Positions 30,478-40,698 of a DNA stretch of 64,000 nt are shown one piece after another. The notes below the pieces were generated by a model that was not told where the DNA came from, searched no databases, and was given only the letters and a program-made list of their open reading frames with translations. Source of the stretch: Nitrospirota bacterium (GTDB taxonomy: Bacteria; Nitrospirota; UBA9217); the NCBI GenBank assembly GCA_963751455.1, contig CAVVUN010000009.1:64001-128000 (forward strand). Reading direction: 5' to 3'. A program made the position numbers and the translations under genes. Within the stretch, counting starts at the first letter, position 1. Each line of letters opens with the position of its first letter.

Positions 30478-31515
30478 ATGAAAAAATCTGCGATCCTGTA
30501 TATAACTGAGAACGGCCGGACGTTGGCAGAGCGCCTGAAGGATCTGTACTCTGATGCCGACATTATAAAGTTTGTCCCCGGTGTTGTCATGGATTTGTGG
30601 GGCAAGTATGAACGCTTTGTGTTCATTATGGCGGCGGGCATTGTTGTCCGGACCATAGCTCCGCTGCTTAAGGATAAGAGGTCGGATCCCTCGGTAGTAG
30701 TGCTGGACGAACAGGGAAAATTCGCGATTAGCCTCGTGAGCGGGCACCTGGGCGGAGCGAACGAGCTGGCAAAGGAGATTGCCGGTTTCCTTGGAGGTGA
30801 AGCAGTCATTACGACGGCGTCAGATGTAAACGAGTTGCCGCCGGTAGACCTCTGGGCCAGGGACAACAACCTTATCATTGAGAACTGGGAGGCGCTTCCG
30901 CAGGTCGGTACGCGTTATGTGAATAACGGAGGTTTAAGGGTCTATAGCGATGTCCCTCTGAAATTTCCCGACCAATTTCTCAGAGTTGCGGATCCCCGGT
31001 TCGCTGATGTTATCATTACAGCGCGGCTCGACGTATACGCCGGCGCCCCGAGATGCACGATAACAGGAGAAGGATGCTCCACCGGTTCATGCCGGGTGAA
31101 GGGACAAATCTATCTGCGGCCTGTTAATCTTGTCCTCGGAATCGGCTGCAACAGCGGCACGTCCGGGGATGAGATTCGGAATGCCGTGCACCGCGTGCTT
31201 GCAGAACATAATCTCGCCTTTGCCTCCGTTCACTCCGTTTCGACCATTGAGATCAAAGGCAGTGAGCCGGGACTCAAAATGTTTATTCAGGAAAATGACT
31301 TTTCTCTGCGTACTTTCAGCATCCACGAGCTGAACAGTGTGGAAGGGATAGAAAAATCGGAAGCAGTGTTCAAGGCCACCGGAGCCTACGCTGTTGCAGA
31401 ACCGGCGGCAATGCTTGCCGCAGGAACGGACAGTGTGCTCGTGCCGAAACAAAAAAAGGGAAACGTGACAGTGGCAGTTGCGGAAATACATAATGTGGAA
31501 GCGAGTGAAGAATGA
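30478..31515 (+). CDS. cbiG: Cobalt-precorrin-5A hydrolase
   Basis: MAAGIVVRTIAP...DP, SGHLGGAN, GIGC, VAEPAA. Confidence 0.94.
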   Translation: MKKSAILYITENGRTLAERLKDLYSDADIIKFVPGVVMDLWGKYERFVFIMAAGIVVRTIAPLLKDKRSDPSVVVLDEQGKFAISLVSGHLGGANELAKEIAGFLGGEAVITTASDVNELPPVDLWARDNNLIIENWEALPQVGTRYVNNGGLRVYSDVPLKFPDQFLRVADPRFADVIITARLDVYAGAPRCTITGEGCSTGSCRVKGQIYLRPVNLVLGIGCNSGTSGDEIRNAVHRVLAEHNLAFASVHSVSTIEIKGSEPGLKMFIQENDFSLRTFSIHELNSVEGIEKSEAVFKATGAYAVAEPAAMLAAGTDSVLVPKQKKGNVTVAVAEIHNVEASEE

Positions 31516-32417
31516 AAATACAAAATTCATCGGCCAAAGGTACTGTATACATCGTCGGCACCGGGCCGGGAAGTCTTGACCATATTACGCCCGCAGCCCG
31601 AAAGGCGATCAGCAAATCGGATGTTATTGTCGGGTACGGGACCTATCTCGACCTGATTCGTGAGCTTCTGCAGGACAAGGAGGTCCTCTCCACGGGAATG
31701 ACCCAGGAGGTAGACCGGTGTCGCAAAGCAGTCGAGCTTGCACAAGGGGGCAAGACAGTTGCAGTCATCAGCGGCGGTGACCCGGGAGTCTACGCCATGG
31801 CGGGGCTCGTATTTGAGATTCTCAGGAGTCAGGAGTCAGGAGACACCCATCACTCGCGCGAGCACTCGTCAACGCTGGGCGCAGACAGGAGTCAGGAGTC
31901 AGTAGGGAAAAACTTCACACTCCGCCCGCGCCCAGCGACTGCGAGTTCTTGCGCGAGCGCAGGGTGCAATCGGCAATTGCCTCTCGTCGAAGTTATTCCC
32001 GGCATCTCGGCGCTCAATGCGAGCGCTTCCCGCCTGGGTGCTCCGCTGATGCACGACTTCGCCTGCATCAGCCTCTCGGACAGGCTTACGCCATGGGACA
32101 TGATCGAAAAGCGGCTTGAAGCAGCCGCGGCAGCGGACTTTGTCATTGTCCTCTATAATCCGCGGAGCAAAGGCAGGGCTGGTCACGTAAACAAGGCACG
32201 GGAGATTATTCTGAAGCACCGCTCGTCGGCGACTGTTGTCGGCATCGTCAAGGGCGCCATGCGGAATAATGAGACAATCATGGTAACGGATCTGCAAACC
32301 ATGAAAGACGACGATATAGATATGCAGACGACTGTTATTATCGGAAATTCGAAAACCTTCGCGTGGAACAACTTTATGATTACGCCCCGTGGATATGACA
32401 ACAAATTCAAAATTTGA
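31512..32417 (+). CDS. cbiH: Cobalt-precorrin-3B C17-methyltransferase
   Basis: VGTGPG, SGGDPGVYAMAG, GAPLMHDF, LYNPRS, TPRGY. Confidence 0.95.
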   Translation: MKIQNSSAKGTVYIVGTGPGSLDHITPAARKAISKSDVIVGYGTYLDLIRELLQDKEVLSTGMTQEVDRCRKAVELAQGGKTVAVISGGDPGVYAMAGLVFEILRSQESGDTHHSREHSSTLGADRSQESVGKNFTLRPRPATASSCASAGCNRQLPLVEVIPGISALNASASRLGAPLMHDFACISLSDRLTPWDMIEKRLEAAAAADFVIVLYNPRSKGRAGHVNKAREIILKHRSSATVVGIVKGAMRNNETIMVTDLQTMKDDDIDMQTTVIIGNSKTFAWNNFMITPRGYDNKFKI

Positions 32418-33732
32418 AATTCAAAATTCAAAATTGAAACCGGCGGCCCTGCTATGGGATGAGTCGTTTCTCTGGGGATTGATGGCGTATAGGGCTTTAA
32501 CAGCGAACGGCCTTTTGTTCGATCTTATTCGCTCCGAGGACGTAAGGAACGGCGGCCTGAAAAAGTACAGCCTCCTTTTTGTTCCGGGGGGCTGGGCATC
32601 CAACAAGATAAAGGCGCTCGGCGACGCAGGCGTCTCTGAAATAAAGGCATTTGTCCGTGAAGGAGGCGCTTATCTTGGATTTTGCGGAGGGGCAGGCCTT
32701 GCGACCATGGACGGCATGGAACTGCTGCCGGTTAAGAGAAGAGCGACGAAAGACCGAGTGCCGAGCTTCAGCGGCCGGATCAGGCTTGATACATGCGACC
32801 ATGCTCTCTGGCAGGGGATTTCCGATCCGGTCTTCAATGCCTGGTGGCCTTCGCAGTTTGTTATAGACGAAAGCGTATCCGTGCTTGCCGCCTACGGCTC
32901 GGCGCTGCCTGATTCCTTCAGCTCCGATATCAATGTCGGCGATGTTGAAGCGAATGGCAACTGGGCAGAGCTTGAGCGGTTTTACCAGATCAATCTTGAT
33001 CCCAAACGCCTGCTCGGAGAACCCGCGGTCATCGAGGGACGGTTCGGCATGGGCAAAGTTCTTTTATCGCTTGTGCATTTTGACTCGCCGGATGACAAAA
33101 ACGGCGCAATCGCGCTGAAAAACCTGTGGAGATATCTTATCGGGGAGTGCGGGACAGATAATTCAGGATTCAGAATTAATGATAAAAAAAGCGCTGTATC
33201 GTGCATCATGCATGATGTACCAATTTCAGAGCCAATACCGGCAACATCCGGAATTGGGCCTGCTGTTGACGAGTTGATCAATCTGGGAGAACGGAACTTT
33301 CTTTGGTACTGGCGAAATCCGATGCTCCTGCAGTGGAGACGGGGTGTCAGGGGGCTTGAATACTGCACACTTTATATCATGGTAAAAGAGATCTTGCGGC
33401 TATTGTCCCGGGAGGACTTGGAACGCATTGGAAGGGAAAGCGATATAAGCCTCGAACTGGTCATTAAGTTCGTCGATAAGGCGAAAAAGCTGCTGCTCCT
33501 GGAACGCTATGCCATGCAGGGTGCCCATATTACGTATGAACGGTGCGATGTGCCCGAAATCCAGGCACTTCGAGAAGAACTATTTTCCCGTTCAAAGAGC
33601 CACGGAGGAGTCTTTAAAGAGATGATCGGTCACGTTGACCGGCTGCTCTATGCAGCACTATCGGCTACGGGAGGCAAGCGTGTAAATGAAGGGAAAAACA
33701 AAAACCATACGGGTCAATTGCCCGGTATGTAA
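32389..33732 (+). CDS. BPL_N / class I glutamine amidotransferase-like protein
   Basis: LFVPGG...[16 protein letters not shown] nucleophile elbow; true start may be TTG near 32434. Confidence 0.75.
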   Translation: MDMTTNSKFEIQNSKLKPAALLWDESFLWGLMAYRALTANGLLFDLIRSEDVRNGGLKKYSLLFVPGGWASNKIKALGDAGVSEIKAFVREGGAYLGFCGGAGLATMDGMELLPVKRRATKDRVPSFSGRIRLDTCDHALWQGISDPVFNAWWPSQFVIDESVSVLAAYGSALPDSFSSDINVGDVEANGNWAELERFYQINLDPKRLLGEPAVIEGRFGMGKVLLSLVHFDSPDDKNGAIALKNLWRYLIGECGTDNSGFRINDKKSAVSCIMHDVPISEPIPATSGIGPAVDELINLGERNFLWYWRNPMLLQWRRGVRGLEYCTLYIMVKEILRLLSREDLERIGRESDISLELVIKFVDKAKKLLLLERYAMQGAHITYERCDVPEIQALREELFSRSKSHGGVFKEMIGHVDRLLYAALSATGGKRVNEGKNKNHTGQLPGM

Positions 33733-33895
33733 AAAACAGACAACATGGGAAAACAACGCGTTCAGGCCTTTCTGCTCGGAGCGGTGCAGATTGATTGACC
33801 TTGGGAAGTGGGCATCAGAAGACTACCGGATTCCGGGTGAGAAGAAGGATATTCCCGATGGCGGCGATGACGAAAAAAAAGACGAAGAGAGGTAG
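33686..33895 (+). CDS. yacG: DNA gyrase inhibitor YacG
   Basis: CPVC...[23 protein letters not shown]. Confidence 0.95.
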   Translation: MKGKTKTIRVNCPVCKKQTTWENNAFRPFCSERCRLIDLGKWASEDYRIPGEKKDIPDGGDDEKKDEER

Positions 33896-33970
33896 AAAAT
33901 TTTTTTAAAATAGACTACAATGTACCTCGATTTGGATATTCATGACGTCTTCGGGTAGGAGGCCTGCTGC

Positions 33971-35239
33971 ATGGAGGTAAGGTGTGGAAGCTGCAATAAG
34001 CTCTTCCGTGTATCGGATGACAAAATAACCGGGACCGGCATCAGGTTCGGCTGCACGAAGTGCGGCCAGCATATCAAGATCACACGCGAGGATTTTGAAC
34101 AGTATAAAACCTCTTCAGCGGCTTCGCGGCCGGTCATGCCGCCTCCAGCAAAACCCGTTCAGCCGTCAGTGAAAACGGCTATGCCGGAAGTATCGGATGC
34201 GGGGACCTCCGCTTCAGCTTTGGAGCACGATCTTGGTGCGGCTCTCCCGTCGTTCATGCACGAGGAACCCACGCAGTCTTCCGCTCTCCACGAACCTGTA
34301 GTTCCGTCCGGGCCTGCAGATGCTGGTTTATCCGGCGGTCACGATCTGGGTAAATCGCTGCCGTCATTCCTCAATGAGGTAGACGTTCCAGCACCGGTGG
34401 CTCATGCCGAAGCGCCCAAAATAAAGCCTGCTGAGACCGTTTCGCATCCCGAACGGAAGACCGAACCCGTTGCAAAAACTGCTGAACCAAAGGCGGCCCC
34501 TGCTCCAAAACCGCCTGATGCAGTAAAGACCGAGGCTGCTCCCAAGCCTCAAATTAAACCGGCAAGCCCCGATGTCCGGACCGTTGTCCGGCCCCCGCAG
34601 CCGGCGTCCATCCCATCTGCACCGTCACCTCGAGCTCCGGAAATGAAAGCTCCTGAGCCCATTGCCGGCCCCCCTAAGGCGGCTTCCTCCTCCGGAACAG
34701 GGAAAAAACTGCTGGTTCTTGTTGTTGTACTTATCCTGGTTGCCGGCGCTGGATTCGGAGCGAAATGGTATCTGGATAACCGGGCGCCCCAGGCGCCTGT
34801 TGAAGCACAGAAGAGCACGTTGCTTCCTGACGGCCTGCGTATTGTCAATCCAACAGGTGCAATGGACGGGGTAAGCGGAGATCTTATAATCGCAGGCGTC
34901 GTTGAAAATACGACCGATAAACCAAAACCCGCCTGGTATGTGGTCATCGACGTGTACAATGCCCAGAACGCAATTATCGCGAAGGTCAAGGTGCTGAACG
35001 GCAAGCAGATCCATACGCGCCGCGATTACGATATCCTGTCAAAGCGTGGTGTCAATGTCAAGGAACTCATTCAAAAAAGCCTTCAGGATCAGGGTACGGT
35101 CGTTCCCGCAAACGGTAATGCCGGTTTTGAAATACGCCTGATGGAACCGCCGGTCGGAGTTGCCAGTTTCAACGCCACACTCCAGCCCTTCAATCCCGTT
35201 CAATTATTTAAAGAAATAGCTGAAGAGCAAAAACAGTAA
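33971..35239 (+). CDS. MJ0042-type zinc-ribbon membrane protein with Pro-rich linker
   Basis: CGSC...CTKC, P/A-rich region, one TM, C-terminal beta domain. Confidence 0.8.
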   Translation: MEVRCGSCNKLFRVSDDKITGTGIRFGCTKCGQHIKITREDFEQYKTSSAASRPVMPPPAKPVQPSVKTAMPEVSDAGTSASALEHDLGAALPSFMHEEPTQSSALHEPVVPSGPADAGLSGGHDLGKSLPSFLNEVDVPAPVAHAEAPKIKPAETVSHPERKTEPVAKTAEPKAAPAPKPPDAVKTEAAPKPQIKPASPDVRTVVRPPQPASIPSAPSPRAPEMKAPEPIAGPPKAASSSGTGKKLLVLVVVLILVAGAGFGAKWYLDNRAPQAPVEAQKSTLLPDGLRIVNPTGAMDGVSGDLIIAGVVENTTDKPKPAWYVVIDVYNAQNAIIAKVKVLNGKQIHTRRDYDILSKRGVNVKELIQKSLQDQGTVVPANGNAGFEIRLMEPPVGVASFNATLQPFNPVQLFKEIAEEQKQ

Positions 35240-35423
35240 TCTACAACGGACAAGCGATCGGTACGCCAGCCTGCTGCGCGGAGAAACGGCCCAGAGCCTC
35301 CGGTCTTATATCCAATTCGGCTACCGTTCGTTCGGACATATAACATGCGTTCGAGCAAAAAATCTGTTGAAAAATACCCATGCTTAATGTATTGTTCTAA
35401 TTCAGTCTTTTAACATTTTCCCC

Positions 35424-35451
35424 TTGACAAATACTGTGGCTGTGCTATAAA
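35424..35451 (+). promoter_or_regulatory. Sigma70 promoter of metK
   Basis: TTGACA-16nt-TATAAA. Confidence 0.6.
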
Positions 35452-35490
35452 TGCAAAATTTTTGAGGTCGAGAGAACGGGAGGAACTCAG

Positions 35491-36654
35491 ATGAGCAGTT
35501 GCAGCAGAAATTATCTTTTTACTTCGGAATCGGTTACCGAGGGGCATCCAGACAAAATAGCCGATCAGATTTCAGATGCGATACTCGACGCCCTGTTAAA
35601 GCAAGACCCGATGAGCCGTGTTGCATGCGAGACGCTTCTGACCACAGGACTTGCCATGGTTGCCGGTGAGATCACCACGAAGGGATATGTTGAGATCCCG
35701 GATATCGTCCGTCAGACCATCAAGGAGATAGGGTATACCCGGGCTAAGTACGGGTTCGATTCCGAAACCTGCGCGGTCATTACCTCGGTGCATTCCCAGT
35801 CGCCCGACATCGCCATGGGCGTGGACACCGGCGGCGCCGGCGACCAGGGCCTCATGTTCGGTTATGCCTGCGACGAGACGCCTGAACTGATGCCTATGAC
35901 CATTATGCTTGCGCACAAACTCACCCGTCGTCTTTCGGAAGTACGCAAGAAGGAGATCCTGCCTTATTTAAGGCCCGACGGCAAGTCCCAAGTGACCATT
36001 GAGTATCGGGACGGCAAACCCTACCGGCTCCATACGATCGTGGTTTCGTCCCAGCACAGCCCCGACGTAACGCTCAAACAACTGCGCAAGGAGATTATCG
36101 AGAAGGTCATTCTTCCGGTGCTTCCGAAGAAACTTCTTGATGAGAAGACCATCATCTACCACATAAATCCCACAGGCAGGTTCGTAACCGGCGGCCCCAT
36201 GGGCGATACGGGCCTTACCGGCCGCAAGATCATCGTCGACACGTACGGCGGCGTGGGGAGCCACGGCGGCGGCTGCTTCTCGGGCAAGGACCCGACGAAG
36301 GTCGACCGTTCAGCCTCCTACATGGCGCGCTATGTCGCGAAGAACATCGTTGCCTCGGGCATCGCCACGGAGTGCGAAGTGCAGCTTGCCTATGCCATCG
36401 GCGTTCCCGATCCGGTCTCGATCCATGTGGATCATTTCGGCACCAGCGAGGTCGATCATGATACACTGGTCAAGATCATCAGAAAGAACTTCGACATGAC
36501 CCCGAAAGGCATTGTGAAGACGCTGAACCTGAGGCGGCCGATTTATAAGAAGACCGCAGCCTACGGCCACTTCGGCAGGACCGAGCCTGAGTTCACCTGG
36601 GAAAAAACGGACAAAGCCGCGAAGCTCAAAAAGGACGCGGGAGTGAAGAAATAG
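35491..36654 (+). CDS. metK: S-adenosylmethionine synthetase
   Basis: [28 protein letters not shown]. Confidence 0.98.
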   Translation: MSSCSRNYLFTSESVTEGHPDKIADQISDAILDALLKQDPMSRVACETLLTTGLAMVAGEITTKGYVEIPDIVRQTIKEIGYTRAKYGFDSETCAVITSVHSQSPDIAMGVDTGGAGDQGLMFGYACDETPELMPMTIMLAHKLTRRLSEVRKKEILPYLRPDGKSQVTIEYRDGKPYRLHTIVVSSQHSPDVTLKQLRKEIIEKVILPVLPKKLLDEKTIIYHINPTGRFVTGGPMGDTGLTGRKIIVDTYGGVGSHGGGCFSGKDPTKVDRSASYMARYVAKNIVASGIATECEVQLAYAIGVPDPVSIHVDHFGTSEVDHDTLVKIIRKNFDMTPKGIVKTLNLRRPIYKKTAAYGHFGRTEPEFTWEKTDKAAKLKKDAGVKK

Positions 36655-36985
36655 CTGATTGCGCCTTGCACTCGCGCCTGCATAGCCTGTATTCGCGCAA
36701 GCATAAGGCTTAGACCCTTTGTTTACCATCTCGCTAGGTAAGGCTTAGACTCATTGTCGTACCCTCGCACTGGGAAATGCGAGGGGAATCAATGACCGCA
36801 GAGACGGGAATCAAGGACCTCATAAACGTACCCTGCATTCGCGCGGAGCACTCATATGCGCTGGGCACAGGCCGGGCACAGGCGAAATTTGGATTGCCGA
36901 TAGAATCCAGACTATGCGTGATGGTGTGAAAATTATGTAGGGGCAGCCCTGTGTGGCTGCCCTCAACATTGTGTGACTTATACTA

Positions 36986-37063
36986 TTTGGCCGCGAAGAG
37001 CCGGAATTCAAGTGGGAAGCCACTGACAAGGCTGCCGCATTGCGCGCAGACTCAGGAATGTAA
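36986..37063 (+). pseudogene. metK: 3' fragment of a second, divergent metK
   Basis: Reads FGREEPEFKWEATDKAAALRADSGM*, matching resident C-terminus [27 protein letters not shown]. Confidence 0.85.
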
Positions 37064-37080
37064 TTCAAACATCAACCCAA

Positions 37081-37168
37081 CGCCTTCGAGGGGCGCTGCA
37101 GCAGTCACCGCAAGGTGGGTCTGTCAGGCTCGATGGTGTGGTTCAATAGGTAACAACGGCGCCCATTC
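37081..37168 (+). ncRNA. SAH riboswitch
   Basis: TCGAGGGGCGCTGCAG...CAGGCTCGA...AACGGCGCCCA (pseudoknot GGGCGC/GCGCCC) directly before ahcY. Confidence 0.9.
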
Positions 37169-37181
37169 ATTTAACTTGTGA

Positions 37182-38600
37182 ATGGAGAGCGTTATGACTA
37201 AAGACTACGTCGTTGCCGACATCAATCTGGCCTCGTGGGGCCGCAAAGAAATCGCCATCGCCGAAACTGAAATGCCCGGCCTGATGGCAATCCGTGAGGA
37301 GTTCGCCAAGACCCAGCCGCTGAAAGGCGCACGCATCACCGGCTCGCTGCACATGACCATCCAGACCGCCGTGCTGATCGAGACGCTGAAGGCGCTCGGC
37401 GCCGAGGTCCGCTGGGCTTCATGCAACATATTCTCCACCCAGGACCACGCTGCCGCCGCCATTGCCGTGGGCGGCACGCCGGTGTTCGCGGTGAAGGGCG
37501 AATCGCTGACTGAATACTGGGACTACACCCACCGCATCTTCGAATGGGCGGACGGCGGCTATTCCAACATGATCCTGGACGACGGCGGCGACGCAACACT
37601 GCTGTTGCACCTCGGTGCGCGTGCCGAGAAGGACATTCACGTGCTCGACCGCCCGGACAGCGAGGAGGCCACCGTGCTGTTCGCGTCCATCAAGGCCAAG
37701 CTCGCCAAGGACAAGACCTGGTATTCCACCCGTCTGGAGAAGATCAAGGGCGTCACCGAAGAGACCACCACCGGCGTGCACCGCCTCTACCAGATGCACG
37801 AGCGCGGTGAACTAAAGTTCCCCGCGATCAACGTCAACGACTCCGTCACCAAGTCCAAGTTCGACAACCTCTACGGCTGCCGCGAGTCGCTCGTCGACGG
37901 CATCAAGCGCGCCACCGACGTCATGATCGCCGGCAAGATCGCCGTGATCTGCGGCTACGGCGACGTAGGCAAGGGGTCGGCGCAGGCCATGCGCGCCCTC
38001 TCGGCCCAGGTCTGGGTCACCGAGATCGACCCGATCTGCGCGCTGCAGGCCGCGATGGAAGGCTACCGCGTGGTGACGATGGACTACGCCTGCGACAAGG
38101 CCGACATCTTTGTCACCTGCACCGGCAACGTCCATGTCATCGACCACGACCACATGGCGAAGATGAAGGACCAGGCCATCGTCTGCAACATCGGCCACTT
38201 CGACTCCGAGATCAACGTTGCCTCATTGGAGAAATACCAGTGGGAAGAGATCAAGCCGCAGGTCGACCACATCATCTTCCCGGACAAGAAGCGCATCATC
38301 CTGCTGGCCAAGGGGCGCCTGGTGAACCTCGGCTGCGCCACCGGCCACCCGTCCTACGTGATGTCGTCGTCGTTCGCCAACCAGACCATCGCGCAGATCG
38401 AGCTGTGGACTGAAGCGCAGAAGGGCTCCAACAAGTATCCGATTGGTGTGTATACGCTGCCAAAGCACCTCGATGAGAAGGTCGCCCGCTTGCAGCTGAA
38501 GAAGCTGAACGCGCGACTGTCCGAGCTGACCGACCAGCAGGCCGCTTACATCAACGTGCCGAAGCAAGGCCCGTACAAGTCGGAGCACTACCGCTACTAA
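37182..38600 (+). CDS. ahcY: Adenosylhomocysteinase (SAH hydrolase)
   Basis: [40 protein letters not shown]; start may be ATG 37194. Confidence 0.98.
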   Translation: MESVMTKDYVVADINLASWGRKEIAIAETEMPGLMAIREEFAKTQPLKGARITGSLHMTIQTAVLIETLKALGAEVRWASCNIFSTQDHAAAAIAVGGTPVFAVKGESLTEYWDYTHRIFEWADGGYSNMILDDGGDATLLLHLGARAEKDIHVLDRPDSEEATVLFASIKAKLAKDKTWYSTRLEKIKGVTEETTTGVHRLYQMHERGELKFPAINVNDSVTKSKFDNLYGCRESLVDGIKRATDVMIAGKIAVICGYGDVGKGSAQAMRALSAQVWVTEIDPICALQAAMEGYRVVTMDYACDKADIFVTCTGNVHVIDHDHMAKMKDQAIVCNIGHFDSEINVASLEKYQWEEIKPQVDHIIFPDKKRIILLAKGRLVNLGCATGHPSYVMSSSFANQTIAQIELWTEAQKGSNKYPIGVYTLPKHLDEKVARLQLKKLNARLSELTDQQAAYINVPKQGPYKSEHYRY

Positions 38601-38725
38601 GCGGGCTGTTACCAGCGTAACCTTGCGGCGAAGTCAGTAATCAGGAGCCAGGAGAGCCGGAGAGTAGCAAGTTCAGAAGTTTTCTTCTGAATTCTGTATT
38701 CTGGCTGCTGGCTCCTTTTTTTTAT

Positions 38726-39592
38726 ATGAAAAGCTACCTCAAAATCGTCCTCGCCATGTTCATCTGGAGCACCTGGGGACTGCTGATTCGCTGGATGGCG
38801 CTTCCACCCGTCGTCGTTCTTTTTTACACGTCATTGATCGCCTGCTTTACCGTTCCCATAGCGCTGAAGCTGAAGGGAGATTTCCCGCATGCGATCTTCA
38901 GCATGAATGCATGGTATCTTTTTGCAGGGCTTGCTCTCGCTTCCATCCTGAACAATATTACTTATTTTTATTCCCTCGGGCACACTACGGTGTCGAACGC
39001 GGTCTTTACACACTACACCGCTCCGGTCATCGTAGCCTTCCTCGCACCGCTTCTGATTGCCGAACGCCTTCAACGGGTGACTCTTTTGTCGCTGCCCCTC
39101 GCTGCAGCCGGGATGGTCATGATCGTGCTTGCCGGGGGAGGACTGAACCTGAACAGCACGCATCTGCCCGGCATACTGGCAGGCACCGCATCAGGCCTGG
39201 CTTACGCACTGGTCATCGTATTTTCCCGCAAACTGAGCCAGATGCTCCTTCATCAGAAGGCGATTATCGTGCTTCTCTGGGTAACGACGATCGCGACCGC
39301 CCCTTTTGCGCTGTCCACCGACTACAGCATGAAGCCGGAATCGGCAATGCTGTTGCTGTTGACGGGGATTTTTCATTCCACAACCGCTCCGCTCATGTAC
39401 TTCAGCGCTCTGCGAAAAGTGATGGCGCAGCATGCGGCCATCCTCGGATACATTGAGCCGCTCGCCGCGATTCCGCTTGCGTTCCTGTTCCTCTCCGAGA
39501 AACCGCCTCTTATCGCCGCCTTCGGCGGCGCACTGATCCTGCTCTCCGGCTACCTCGTTGTGCATTTCAGACCTGCCCCCCCGCGCTCCTGA
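38726..39592 (+). CDS. EamA/DMT family transporter
   Basis: About 10 TM helices, HYTAP and YIEPL motifs. Confidence 0.9.
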   Translation: MKSYLKIVLAMFIWSTWGLLIRWMALPPVVVLFYTSLIACFTVPIALKLKGDFPHAIFSMNAWYLFAGLALASILNNITYFYSLGHTTVSNAVFTHYTAPVIVAFLAPLLIAERLQRVTLLSLPLAAAGMVMIVLAGGGLNLNSTHLPGILAGTASGLAYALVIVFSRKLSQMLLHQKAIIVLLWVTTIATAPFALSTDYSMKPESAMLLLLTGIFHSTTAPLMYFSALRKVMAQHAAILGYIEPLAAIPLAFLFLSEKPPLIAAFGGALILLSGYLVVHFRPAPPRS

Positions 39593-39699
39593 TGCCCGCC
39601 TTGTACCAGAGAGTTCGTCACAGTAATTGATCACAATAAAATGTGCTATACTGGAAAAAATAAAACGATAGGCACTATAACAGATCGAAAGGAGAGACT

Positions 39700-40023
39700 A
39701 TGATAACAATACGTCTTGCATTTGCAGTCATTATTCCGGTGTCAGCAGTCTTTATATTCAGTGCCGCAGCACCAGCCGCGGAGCAGCCCGGGGAAGCGCT
39801 TTTCAAGAAAAATTGCGCTATGTGTCATATGAACGGCGGAAATATCATCAACCCGAAGAAGACGCTTCACAAAAAAGAGCTGGAAGCCAGGAATATAAAA
39901 GCGGCCAATGATATCGTCAAGGCCATGAGAAATCCGGGACCCGGGATGTCGAAGTTCGATGAGAAGACCATACCGGATAAGCAGGCCCGAGAGATTGCCG
40001 ACTATATTTTGAAAACATTTTAG
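39700..40023 (+). CDS. Monoheme cytochrome c (c6-like)
   Basis: Signal peptide, CAMCH, GGNIINP.KTL, PGPGM. Confidence 0.9.
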   Translation: MITIRLAFAVIIPVSAVFIFSAAAPAAEQPGEALFKKNCAMCHMNGGNIINPKKTLHKKELEARNIKAANDIVKAMRNPGPGMSKFDEKTIPDKQAREIADYILKTF

Positions 40024-40155
40024 CCACCCACGGTATCTCGCCGGTTATCCCTTTCATAATTATGACCGGGCAATGACCGGCCGTCTCGTCCACCTTGATG
40101 GGCTCCAGTAACAAAAGTGCCCGTTCTCTTAATGAAACCTGTATGGAAATACCCC

Positions 40156-40566
40156 ATGGATGATGCGATGGAAGGCTCAAAAAAGGCGACATCAGGCAAC
40201 CGAAGGGTCTATCTGGCAAATGAAAGGACTTTTCTCGCCTGGATACGAACCAGCATCGGGATCATGGCTTTCGGTTTTGTTGTAGAGCGTTTTGCCCTTT
40301 TCATGAAGCAGTTTTCCTATCTTATCGGGACAGCGGCTGAAACTTCCCACCTGCAAGAAGGCCATTCGTATTCCTGGATATTCGGGATTGTTCTTATCGG
40401 CTTCGGCGTACTTATCGCCGTCCTTTCTTTCATCCGCTATAAAAAAAGAGAGCAGCAAATAGAAGAAAATACGTTCGATACCTCATCGTCTCTTGCCTTG
40501 GTTCTTGTCCTGTCCGTTACGCTTGCCGGAATAGTTTTGATCATTTTTATACTCCGCAGTATTTAG
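40156..40566 (+). CDS. DUF202/YidH family membrane protein
   Basis: LANERTFLAWIRTS signature. Confidence 0.9.
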   Translation: MDDAMEGSKKATSGNRRVYLANERTFLAWIRTSIGIMAFGFVVERFALFMKQFSYLIGTAAETSHLQEGHSYSWIFGIVLIGFGVLIAVLSFIRYKKREQQIEENTFDTSSSLALVLVLSVTLAGIVLIIFILRSI

Positions 40567-40620
40567 CCAGCAGATGATACGGCTCCTTGTCTCCAACCGT
40601 GCTTAAATAATTGCCGACGA

Positions 40621-40649
40621 TTGACAAGCGATATAGTGCGTCATAGACT
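40621..40649 (+). promoter_or_regulatory. Sigma70 promoter of hydrogenase operon 1
   Basis: TTGACA-17nt-TAGACT. Confidence 0.6.
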
Positions 40650-40698
40650 AAATATCAAGAACTAAATATGCTCAAATGGACCTTTGAGGAGGTGCTCC

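Noticed and set aside
30402-30509. 35-aa ORF overlapping the cbiF stop (ATGA)
   Set aside because: No recognisable motif; overlaps cbiG; cannot be supported
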